A stretch of DNA of 64,000 bases from an uncultured Eubacteriales bacterium (GTDB taxonomy: Bacteria > Acidobacteriota > Aminicenantia > Aminicenantales > UBA8522), in NCBI GenBank assembly GCA_964580435.1, contig CAZOKP010000002.1, positions 2,919 to 66,918 on the forward strand, read 5' to 3'. How positions within the stretch are numbered: position 1 is the first letter of the stretch; each line of letters begins with the position of its first letter. The position numbers and the translations under genes were made by a program. Below, piece by piece: positions 30,310 through 38,247 of the stretch. Below the pieces are notes generated by a model. It made no database searches. It saw only the letters and a list, made by a program, of their open reading frames with translations, and had not been told where the DNA came from.

Positions 30310-30582
30310 ATGAGAGATTTAAAAATCGAAGTTGTCAAAGTCAAGGAGCGTTGTGGGGCCAAGCACAAGCCCGGCGATACGTTTTTCATCAGAGGAGCCG
30401 GGACGATTGAGATCCCCGCGGGCAAGAAAGTTTGCATCTTCGCCCTCAATAGCCTTTTCCCCTTCTTGACGACCAAGCAGAGAGAAGAGGAACTTCCTGG
30501 AGACGATTGGATCTCCGAGACGGAACTCTTGACTTGCCCTGACCCGAAGGGCGTGATTTTCAAAGTCATTCCGCTCGCTTAG
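30310..30582 (+). CDS. TIGR04076-family small Cys-containing protein (90 aa)
   Basis: MRDLKIEVVKVKERCGAKHKPGDTF...CIFAL...FPFL...LTCPDPKGVIFKVI matches the TIGR04076 pattern. Strong ribosome-binding site. Confidence 0.7.
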   Translation: MRDLKIEVVKVKERCGAKHKPGDTFFIRGAGTIEIPAGKKVCIFALNSLFPFLTTKQREEELPGDDWISETELLTCPDPKGVIFKVIPLA

Positions 30583-30668
30583 AGAATCTCCCAGCGAAAT
30601 CGCCAAGATTCAGGCGCAGAAAGAAGCGAAGGGTCAGTTCTTTTTACTGGATTTGTCGGGACGCCGGT

Positions 30669-31064
30669 CTATTGGAGCGTTTCCAGCGCTTTTTTTGGAT
30701 TGCTCGTCCTGAAAACCAGAAGGGCTCTGCCTAACCCGGCGGACGTGCCATAGCAATAGTCGATATCGATCACGGCGTTGCCGAGCAAGGCTCCGATCTC
30801 AGCCCCGGCACCAATCCGGTCCCCGATCTCGATCGTGACCACCTTGTTCGTTTTAACTTTATAGCCCAAGGACTTGAGAGCTTTCTCCGCTTTTTTGTTG
30901 TCGGCTGTGATCAGCAGGAAATGGCCCTTGTCTTTATCAGAATAAGCGCTCAGGGCTTTGAGATTCACTCCGGCGTTGGCCAGGGTTCCCAGAACGCGGC
31001 CCAGAATTCCGGGCTCATTGGGCGTGATGACATGCAGCTGTGTTTCGATCTCGACTTTGTGCAC
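30669..31064 (-). CDS. ACT-domain protein (tandem ACT regulatory domains)
   Basis: Two ~65-aa segments beginning ITPNEPGILGRVLGTLANAGVNL and TIEIGDRIGAGAEIGALLGNAVIDI are ACT-like. Confidence 0.7.
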   Translation of the reverse strand: MHKVEIETQLHVITPNEPGILGRVLGTLANAGVNLKALSAYSDKDKGHFLLITADNKKAEKALKSLGYKVKTNKVVTIEIGDRIGAGAEIGALLGNAVIDIDYCYGTSAGLGRALLVFRTSNPKKALETLQ

Positions 31065-31165
31065 GGCTCAACCTCCTTGTTGGAGAAAGGATTATACCAA
31101 AATCCGAGGGCAAAAGACAAAAAAACAAAAAAAATGTCTTCTTGTTTTCAGGTGGAGCGGATATA

Positions 31166-31894
31166 ATGAGGCATCTCTGCCGAGTTAGAAAAATGACGAG
31201 AGAAGGTGCGCGGGTCGCGATCATTGACAACTCTATTGACCCGGCGGTCTACAAGCCTATCGACCACTGGAGGGAGTTTCTCGGCGTTCCTTGGGAGGCC
31301 TTCCGCGCGGCCGAGAGCTGCTTTCCCAACCTGGATAAAAAATACACGCACCTTATCCTGACCGGTTCGGAAGCGTCCATTCTGGAAAGAGAAAACTGGG
31401 TGCATGAAGAGGTGGAGGTTGTCCAAGAGGCCCTCGATCGTGGGATTCCCATCTTGGGAAGCTGCTATGGCCACCAGCTCCTGGCCCTGGCGCTGCGCGG
31501 CCCGGCCCATGTCCGGCGCTGCCCCCAGCCTGAGGTGGGCTGGATTCCGGTCATGATCGAGAAAAATAACGACCTCCTGGGTGACGAGGGTGAAGCCTAT
31601 ACTTTTGCCCTGCATTTCGATGAGGTCATCGGCCTGGATGATGACTTTGTTGTCCTGGCTTCAACTCCCGCCTGCCGCGTGCAGGCCTTCGCGCTCAGGA
31701 CTCAGCCCGCCTGGGGAATTCAACCCCACCCGGAAATCAACGTTTCCGCGGCCAGAGAGCTTCTCCAAAATCTTATCCGTCTCGAGCTCAAGACTTCGTT
31801 TTTATATGAGGAGGCCCTGACAATGAGGCCCTGGGATTCGGGGCTCATCCGCAGGATTGTCCACCATTTTCTAGCCTCGTGCGAGAGGCTTTGA
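31166..31894 (+). CDS. Class I (type 1) glutamine amidotransferase-like protein
   Basis: GSCYGHQLLALAL carries the nucleophile Cys elbow; a His follows later in the chain. Start is uncertain (ATG 31166 or 31193). Confidence 0.8.
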   Translation: MRHLCRVRKMTREGARVAIIDNSIDPAVYKPIDHWREFLGVPWEAFRAAESCFPNLDKKYTHLILTGSEASILERENWVHEEVEVVQEALDRGIPILGSCYGHQLLALALRGPAHVRRCPQPEVGWIPVMIEKNNDLLGDEGEAYTFALHFDEVIGLDDDFVVLASTPACRVQAFALRTQPAWGIQPHPEINVSAARELLQNLIRLELKTSFLYEEALTMRPWDSGLIRRIVHHFLASCERL

Positions 31895-31939
31895 AATTAG
31901 GGCGCGTCTCGAGAAAAAAAAGTAAAAACAGGGGGCAAT

Positions 31940-32101
31940 GTTTTTTCTTGACAAAAGTGCTTTTTTTTATTATCTAACATAGAGAAACCTAAGGGATTAT
32001 GTCTCTAATTGTATCGGACCAAAGTCCAGCTAACCTTTCGATTTCCTTTTTATGGAAAGGGAAATATTACTGCATAATAATCATCTAAAAAGGAGGCGCC
32101 G
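31940..32101 (+). promoter_or_regulatory. AT-rich promoter / 5-prime UTR island upstream of the PKD-barrel gene (TTGACA -35 at about 31948; long leader with hairpin ttccttttt..aaagggaa)
   Basis: About 30% GC over 200 bp in a 58-60% GC genome. AAAGGAGG Shine-Dalgarno before a GTG start. Confidence 0.3.
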
Positions 32102-33568
32102 GTGAAAAACCATAAGTTTGCATTTTTTGTCATTTTCATTCTTGTCGTTTTTTCCTTGAACATCTTCGCTGAAACAAAGCTCACGACCATCGGAAGGTAC
32201 ACTTTTGTGCGGATCAAAGGGAAGATCCCCACGCAGGACGTCATGAAGATGCTGATCGACAGGTATGCCGCCGACATCAAGTATGGTTTTGATCAGGCGG
32301 GGTACGGGGACCTGTATCTTCCTTTCCTGGACCAGTTGAAAGCGGCGCCATTCGAAGAAAGATCATTGCCCGTGGGCGACAAGCTCATGTGGATGCTCTT
32401 CCGCTCTCAGGGAAAAGTCAAGGTCGCCCGGGACATCGAGTGGGCCGGCAAGGCGCCCCTGGAGGTCTTCGTTTTCAACGTGAAGAAGGATGATAAAAAT
32501 TACGAATTTGTCATGCCGAGGCCGTGCGGCAACATTGCTCTCCGCGGCATAACACAGCTGGAGATGGAGAAGCCCGCGGCCGTCTGCGCCATCACCGTGA
32601 CTCCTGCCAAGGTCAACTTGAAAGACCCGGTGACAGTGGACATGAGCGGATCCCAGAACGCTGTATCGATGGAAGTAGCAGTCATGGGACCGGACGGGGC
32701 CAAGATTGCCACTCACGCCTTCACGCCTGAATCTTCCAAATGGCAGACAAGCTTTGACCAACCGGGAAATTATACCTTCAAAGCCCAGGCCACAAACGAG
32801 GACGGCAAGGCTTCAACAAATCCCTGTGAAGCCAAGGTTTTTGTCAACGCTCCGCCGACCTGCCAGCTGAAAACATCCTGCCTGCCTTGCAAGAATTTTG
32901 TCGGGAAGCCTATGACCATCGACGCCTCCGGCTCGACGGACCCCGACGGCAAAGTGGTCAAGGCGGATTTCGCCATCACCGACACGGCCGGCAATCCCGT
33001 CGACAAGTTCATTGACAACGAACCTCCTCTCACCTGGGAATATATTTTCAAGAAGCCCGGCTCCTATGCCGTGACGGTTGTTGTGACCGATGATTTTGGG
33101 GCCGTCTCCGAACCTTGCCGTGTTGTCCTTGATGTTACCCAGAAGCGGCTGTTCTTCCTGGTGGAAGGCGGCCCGGGTCTTCTGCGGGGGACCTACACCA
33201 CCATGCTCTGGGCCCGTCTCGGCCTGCTCTACAAGATCGTCCCCGACACCCTCGACCTGATCCTGTCCTTCGGACCCGGCATCCCGCTCAGGGGTGAGCC
33301 CTGGAAGACCTTCGTCATGGGCAATGTCCTTCTGAACGTCCATGCCGGTCCGGCTTTCCTGGCTGGCGGTTTGGGCTTCAGCACCAAGGAACAGGAAACC
33401 CGCAAGGGCGGCATCGACCTGGTCTTCCAGGTTGGCGTCGACCTGTTCAAGTCCGGCAGTTCCTCGGTCGGGTCGATTTTCGGCGAGCTGCGCGCTCCGG
33501 TCATCACCGAGAATCGTTCTTTCGACGAGCATCACAAACTGCTCCTTGGTTTCCGGTACATCTTCTGA
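32102..33568 (+). CDS. Secreted protein with two PKD-like Ig repeats and a C-terminal outer-membrane beta-barrel-like domain ending in Phe
   Basis: Signal peptide MKNHKFAFFVIFILVVFSLNIFA. PKD repeats: MTIDASGSTDPDGKVV...YAVTVVVTDDFGAVSEP. C-terminal alternating amphipathic strands end in RYIF. Confidence 0.7.
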   Translation: MKNHKFAFFVIFILVVFSLNIFAETKLTTIGRYTFVRIKGKIPTQDVMKMLIDRYAADIKYGFDQAGYGDLYLPFLDQLKAAPFEERSLPVGDKLMWMLFRSQGKVKVARDIEWAGKAPLEVFVFNVKKDDKNYEFVMPRPCGNIALRGITQLEMEKPAAVCAITVTPAKVNLKDPVTVDMSGSQNAVSMEVAVMGPDGAKIATHAFTPESSKWQTSFDQPGNYTFKAQATNEDGKASTNPCEAKVFVNAPPTCQLKTSCLPCKNFVGKPMTIDASGSTDPDGKVVKADFAITDTAGNPVDKFIDNEPPLTWEYIFKKPGSYAVTVVVTDDFGAVSEPCRVVLDVTQKRLFFLVEGGPGLLRGTYTTMLWARLGLLYKIVPDTLDLILSFGPGIPLRGEPWKTFVMGNVLLNVHAGPAFLAGGLGFSTKEQETRKGGIDLVFQVGVDLFKSGSSSVGSIFGELRAPVITENRSFDEHHKLLLGFRYIF

Positions 33569-33604
33569 GGCGGCAAGCGCCGGTCTTTTTTGTTTTGAAT
33601 CGGA

Positions 33605-33638
33605 TGGGGCCAGGGTTCCGACCTAGCCCCTTTTTTTT
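33605..33638 (+). terminator. Rho-independent terminator (GC-rich hairpin ggggccagggttccgacctagcccc followed by T8)
   Basis: Perfect-arm hairpin followed by tttttttt, about 40 nt after the stop at 33568. Confidence 0.6.
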
Positions 33639-33704
33639 CGCCCGGGAAACGGCTCCTCGGCGCGTGAGAAATCGAGTACAACAAGGCTTGGAGTTCGGAC
33701 TTCG

Positions 33705-34565
33705 ATGCGTATCGCCCTGATCGGCGCAGACGGACAGTTGGGTTCTGACCTGGTCAAAACTTTGAAGCAGGATGAAATCATTCCTCTCTATTATCCCGAG
33801 TTCGATATTACCCAGCCCCAGAAAACAAAAGAAGCCCTTCGCCGGCTCGCCCCTGAAATCGTCATCAACACCGCAGCCTATCATCGTGTCGATGAGTGCG
33901 AGGACAATCCGCGGGAGTCGTTCCTTGTCAACGCCATTGCTGTCAGAGACCTGGCCCTGACGGCCCGAGAGCTCGGTTTTGTCCTCGTCCATTTCAGCAC
34001 CGATTATGTTTTTGACGGCCGGAAAAGGAGCCCGTATGTCGAGGAGGACACGCCTTATCCGTTGAGCGTGTATGCCGTTTCCAAACTGGCCGGCGAGTTT
34101 TTTGTTCGGGCGTTCGCTGAGAGATACTTTCTTATCCGCACCTGCGGCCTTTATGGCGAAGCGAGTTCCCGGGAGAAGGGATACAACTTCGTCGACCGGA
34201 TAATCTCATGGGACAGGGAGGGAAAGCCTTTGCGTGTCGTCAATGACCAATGGGTTACGCCAACAGCGTCGGCAGAGCTGGCCGAAAAAATCAGCCAGCT
34301 CATCCGCACATCGCACTTTGGCCTCTTCCATATGACCAACGAAGGCGAATGCACCTGGTATCAATTCGCCCGGGAAATCTTCTCGCTTCTCAGAAAGGAG
34401 CCGCGCCTTGAAGGCGTGGATTCGCGGACATTCGCCACCAGGGCCAGGAGGCCGCTCTATTCGGTCCTGGATAACAAGCGGGCCAGGGACATCGGGTTAA
34501 GTCCATTCTCGCCCTGGCCGAAGGCCTTGAGTTCCTATCTCAGGAAGAAGGGTTATCTGACCTGA
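33705..34565 (+). CDS. rfbD: dTDP-4-dehydrorhamnose reductase
   Basis: MRIALIGADGQLG and the YxxxK region (YAVSKLAGE) are present. RmlD-family length. Confidence 0.9.
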   Translation: MRIALIGADGQLGSDLVKTLKQDEIIPLYYPEFDITQPQKTKEALRRLAPEIVINTAAYHRVDECEDNPRESFLVNAIAVRDLALTARELGFVLVHFSTDYVFDGRKRSPYVEEDTPYPLSVYAVSKLAGEFFVRAFAERYFLIRTCGLYGEASSREKGYNFVDRIISWDREGKPLRVVNDQWVTPTASAELAEKISQLIRTSHFGLFHMTNEGECTWYQFAREIFSLLRKEPRLEGVDSRTFATRARRPLYSVLDNKRARDIGLSPFSPWPKALSSYLRKKGYLT

Positions 34566-34583
34566 TCAGCTCTTGAGGGAGGC

Positions 34584-34994
34584 TTATTCCCCACCTATTC
34601 TCTTCAATAACTGCTCGGGCATGGACGATACTTCCGCTTTTGCGTTGGTCACGATATGAACCGTATAACCGGAGGCGATGAGCCTTCGTCCATCCTTGGT
34701 CAGGAGTCCGTAATCGAATACCACTTTTTTGGGCGTTATCTCGCGGAGGGAGACACGAATCACAAAAACGTCATCATAGCGGAGCGGTCTTCTGTACTTG
34801 CAGAAGGCCTCAACGACCACAAGATAGAATCCCAGGGTTTCGATTTCCTCATAGGGGACTCCTCTGTGGCGGCAGAACTCGGTGCGGCCGATCTCGAACC
34901 ATTCAAAATAGCTCTTGTTATGGGCCACTCCCATCTGGTCTGTTTCCGAATAGCGGACCCTCTCTTCAATCTCGATCACAGGGTTCATGGACAC
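34584..34994 (-). CDS. Acyl-CoA thioesterase (YbgC/4HBT hotdog fold)
   Basis: YSETDQMGVAHNKSYFEWFEIGRTEF is the 4HBT-family N-terminus. Confidence 0.85.
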   Translation of the reverse strand: MSMNPVIEIEERVRYSETDQMGVAHNKSYFEWFEIGRTEFCRHRGVPYEEIETLGFYLVVVEAFCKYRRPLRYDDVFVIRVSLREITPKKVVFDYGLLTKDGRRLIASGYTVHIVTNAKAEVSSMPEQLLKRIGGE

Positions 34995-35007
34995 CAGGGG
35001 AGGCGGA

Positions 35008-35298
35008 TCACTCCGTCAGTTTGCCGAGCTTGTTTAGCTCCTCGTTATAATACTTGCGGTAAAGGATCTCCCACTCCCGGCTTCCTTCCTCGATCGACTT
35101 TTTCTGCGACTGGATTTTTTCCACGGCTTTTTTGTCTAAACTCTCGTAGAGTTTCATTTCTTCCTCGATGGCCTTGACGATGCTCAGGCGGATCTCATTG
35201 GGGTCGTCCAGGAATTCGACCTGGTCGTTCTTGTTCAGGGCATTGAGGATCTGGCGGGAGAGAAAATTGGTTTTTTCACGGGAGATCCTGTTGCTCAT
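35008..35298 (-). CDS. DUF507-family protein
   Basis: ~95-aa charged helical protein. It forms a tandem pair with the next gene, which is typical for DUF507. Confidence 0.7.
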   Translation of the reverse strand: MSNRISREKTNFLSRQILNALNKNDQVEFLDDPNEIRLSIVKAIEEEMKLYESLDKKAVEKIQSQKKSIEEGSREWEILYRKYYNEELNKLGKLTE

Positions 35299-35573
35299 AG
35301 CACGATGTTCCTTTCTCTGGCCAGTTTCGTCTTGATCATCCGGAACATGGTCTGGTATTCGATGTTCTCTTTTCTGATCTTTTCCATGTGCTTGCTTAGA
35401 ATTTCTCTAACTTCTTGGTCGAGCTGGTCCTCTTTTTGAAATTCTTCGGTGATGAGATTGGTGACTTGGTCGATGATTTTGTTCTTGTCCTCGAGGATCA
35501 CTTTGCCTTCTTTGTTGAGATTTCTGACAATGATGAAGGCCATGTGCTCGATCTGGCTCTTGTTCAGCCTCAT
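35295..35573 (-). CDS. DUF507-family protein (tandem paralog)
   Basis: FIIVRNLNKEGKVILEDKNKIIDQVTNLITEEF. I used the internal ATG; the ORF-track TTG start at 35603 would add 10 aa. Confidence 0.65.
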   Translation of the reverse strand: MRLNKSQIEHMAFIIVRNLNKEGKVILEDKNKIIDQVTNLITEEFQKEDQLDQEVREILSKHMEKIRKENIEYQTMFRMIKTKLARERNIVL

Positions 35574-35637
35574 AACTTTCCTAAAATACACCACCTCGGG
35601 CAAAAATTCAAGGATTCATTGAGGGAAACGAGGCCTT

Positions 35638-36564
35638 TTAGGACAGACGCAGGAAAGGGAGGAGCCCCTTTTGCTTCTCGCCCTTTTTGGCCAGGGCGAG
35701 GAACTTGCCCTCCAGGCTGAAAAGCCGGTAGATCTCGTCGCCCTCCTTGTCGGCAGGTCCGAGATCGGGCCGTGGTCCGAGCACCTTGAGGATGTGTTCG
35801 GTCGGCAGGATTTTTCCTTTTTGAAGTTCACGCCTGCCGGACTCTTTGAGGATCACCTTGGGGAATTCTTGAAGTATCGTTTCGAGAGGCAGGACAAAGC
35901 CTGCCGTCTGCCCCTCTTCGGCAAGCCTTTTCACCTGCTCGAGAGAGCAGGCGGCGGAGATATCATATCCGCCCACGGCCAGGCGGCGGAGTTCGGCCAG
36001 ATGGGCGCCACAGCCCAAGCATTGCCCGAGATCATGGGCCAAAGAGCGAACATATGTTCCCGCGCTGCATCTCGATTCGAAATCGAGAAATGGTGGGGAG
36101 TAGGCATTTAAGTCAAAGGAATAGACCATGACAGAACTGGGCTCAAGATGGATCATCCTCTTCGCGCGGGCCCATTTATAGAGCGGTTTCCCGTCGAGTT
36201 TTTTGGCTGAGTAGGGCGGAGGGACCTGCTTTATTTTTCCGACAAATGTGTTCATCGCTTTCGCCAGCGTCTGCCGGTCGGGATATCCCGCTTGTTCTTC
36301 AGACATGGGCTTTCCGAGGGCGTCATAGGTGTCTGTAGAAAAGCCGAGCCTGATCTTGCCCCTGTAAACCTTGTCTTCTTTTGAAAAAAAGGGGAAAAGC
36401 CTCGTGGCTTTGCCCACAGCCAAGAGAAGAAGTCCTGTGGCCAGAGGGTCCAACGTCCCAAAATGGCCGACCTTCTCGAGAGCGAGAATTTTTCTGATTC
36501 TTAAGACGATATCGTGGGACGTCGCGCCCAGAGGCTTGTCGACGAGAATCAAGCCGTCCATCAA
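35638..36564 (-). CDS. truB: tRNA pseudouridine(55) synthase
   Basis: GLILVDKPLGATSHDIV...GHFGTLDPLATGLL carries the catalytic Asp motif. Confidence 0.95.
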   Translation of the reverse strand: MMDGLILVDKPLGATSHDIVLRIRKILALEKVGHFGTLDPLATGLLLLAVGKATRLFPFFSKEDKVYRGKIRLGFSTDTYDALGKPMSEEQAGYPDRQTLAKAMNTFVGKIKQVPPPYSAKKLDGKPLYKWARAKRMIHLEPSSVMVYSFDLNAYSPPFLDFESRCSAGTYVRSLAHDLGQCLGCGAHLAELRRLAVGGYDISAACSLEQVKRLAEEGQTAGFVLPLETILQEFPKVILKESGRRELQKGKILPTEHILKVLGPRPDLGPADKEGDEIYRLFSLEGKFLALAKKGEKQKGLLPFLRLS

Positions 36565-37571
36565 TCGGTCTTGGCGGGCAGGTTTTTCCGTCGCCGGGCT
36601 GGGATGGTCTTCTTCCGCAAGAGGTTCTCGATCCGACTGGGAATATCTTTGATCAAGCGCTCATACGGGCCGACTGCCGTGAAACCGGCGGCGTGGACAT
36701 GGCCCCCTCCGCCGAAATATTCGGCGATGGCGGCCGCGTTGGCGTCCCCCCTGGAGCGCAGACTGACCCGGAAGGTATCCTTGGCCATCTCTTTAAAGAA
36801 AAGAACCATCTCCACATCGCGGATCGAGCGGGCCAGGGTGGTGATGTCTTCGGTGTCTATTTCTCTAAGGTGAAGAGCTTCGAGGAACTTTTTGAACAGA
36901 GTAATGGAGGCGATATTGCCTTTTTTGTTCATGATGAGCGTGGAGAGGACCTGCCCGAGCAGCTTGATCTTTTCCGGCGGGTTGGTGTTGAAGAGGAACT
37001 CGGTGATTTTTGTCGGGTTCGCCCCAGACTTGACCAGCTTATGGCAGACTTCAAAAGATTTCGCCGTCGTGTTGGAAAATTGAAAACAGCCTGTATCCGA
37101 GACGATAGCGCAGTAGAGATGGTCGGCGATCTGGGGGGTCAAGCGCAGGCCCATTTTTTCTGCCAGGATGAAGCCCATCTCTCCGACAGCAGAAGCGCCG
37201 GGGTCGACCCAGTTGATATCCGCATAGGTGTCATTAGAATAGTGATGGTCGATATTGATCTTGAAATAGCCATCCAGGTTTTCCTGCCCGGAGCGGGAGA
37301 CGTTGGCACATTCCAGGAGAATCACAAGGTCAAACACGCGCGGCGGTATCTGGCCGATCGTGATCCTTTTCACCTCCGGCATCTGGTTGAAGGGGAGAGG
37401 TGTCGGGTCGTTGTTGATAATGCGGACGTCCTTGCTCAGAAGCCTTCCCATCCCGGCTAAGGCAAGGCTTGTGCAGATGGAATCGCCGTCCGGCCGGAGA
37501 TGGCTGGTGACGACGATGCGCCGGCTCGCAAGAATTTTTTTCTGGATGAGTCGAATAGGATCATTTTTCAT
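36561..37571 (-). CDS. nrnA: DHH/DHHA1 family phosphoesterase (NrnA-like oligoribonuclease/pAp phosphatase)
   Basis: HLRPDGDSICTSLAL DHH motif and the GGGH of DHHA1 are present. Confidence 0.85.
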   Translation of the reverse strand: MKNDPIRLIQKKILASRRIVVTSHLRPDGDSICTSLALAGMGRLLSKDVRIINNDPTPLPFNQMPEVKRITIGQIPPRVFDLVILLECANVSRSGQENLDGYFKINIDHHYSNDTYADINWVDPGASAVGEMGFILAEKMGLRLTPQIADHLYCAIVSDTGCFQFSNTTAKSFEVCHKLVKSGANPTKITEFLFNTNPPEKIKLLGQVLSTLIMNKKGNIASITLFKKFLEALHLREIDTEDITTLARSIRDVEMVLFFKEMAKDTFRVSLRSRGDANAAAIAEYFGGGGHVHAAGFTAVGPYERLIKDIPSRIENLLRKKTIPARRRKNLPAKTD

Positions 37572-37911
37572 CTTTTCTCAGCTGCTCGATCAACCGGTCA
37601 ATTCGGCTTTCATATTCTGGAGTCGGGTCCAGACAAAAAATGAGGTCGGGATTATACTTGAGTTTGACCTCAGAGGCAACATATTTTCGGAGATGGCCTT
37701 TCCTTTTCTCGAGCATGGCCAGGAGCGCGTCTCTGTCGACTTCGCCAAAAATGCTTAAATAAATATGCGCTGTTTTCAGGTCTGGGCTTGTCTCTACTCG
37801 GGTCAGAGTGATGATTCCCGAGGAGGAATCCTGGATCTCCCGGACAAGAACCCGGCTGAGACTTTCTTTGATCATGCTGTTGACTCTTTTTTGTCTTCGG
37901 CTAAAGTCCAT
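37561..37911 (-). CDS. rbfA: Ribosome-binding factor A
   Basis: RRQKRVNSMIKESLSRVL...TLTRVETSPDLKTAHIY is RbfA-like. Confidence 0.95.
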   Translation of the reverse strand: MDFSRRQKRVNSMIKESLSRVLVREIQDSSSGIITLTRVETSPDLKTAHIYLSIFGEVDRDALLAMLEKRKGHLRKYVASEVKLKYNPDLIFCLDPTPEYESRIDRLIEQLRKDEK

Positions 37912-37950
37912 TGTCTTTCTCCGAGAGGGGACCTCGATGAGACCTGCCAG

Positions 37951-38232
37951 CTAGAAGTAGCAGATATCCGACCGCAGGATTTCCCCTTCCAGGTTTTGCG
38001 CGGCTTCGGCGAGGATTTTTTGCAGGAGTTGGTCCACGCACAATTTTTGGCTGTTCAAAGTGATGATGCCGACTTTTGCTCTCTGCCACTTGTCCTGGAA
38101 ATCGAGCTCGGCAAAGGCGATATTGTATTTTTTTTTGAACCTGTCGCGGAAGGCATTCAGGACTTTTCTTTTTTCCTTAAGAGAATGGGAATAGGGAAGA
38201 AAAATCTCGAGGGAGAGAAGACCGATGACCAT
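37951..38232 (-). CDS. DUF503-family protein
   Basis: 93 aa, LEIFLPYSHSLKEKRKVLNAFRDR. DUF503 characteristically sits between infB and rbfA. Confidence 0.8.
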   Translation of the reverse strand: MVIGLLSLEIFLPYSHSLKEKRKVLNAFRDRFKKKYNIAFAELDFQDKWQRAKVGIITLNSQKLCVDQLLQKILAEAAQNLEGEILRSDICYF

Positions 38233-38247
38233 AGAAACGCTAGCCCC

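Noticed and set aside
30186-30569. 127-aa minus-strand ORF overlapping the TIGR04076-like gene.
   Set aside because: The plus-strand 90-aa ORF has a near-perfect AGGAGG ribosome-binding site, a -35/-10 promoter and matches a known family pattern. The minus-strand ORF has neither, and its product is Ser/Pro-rich noise.
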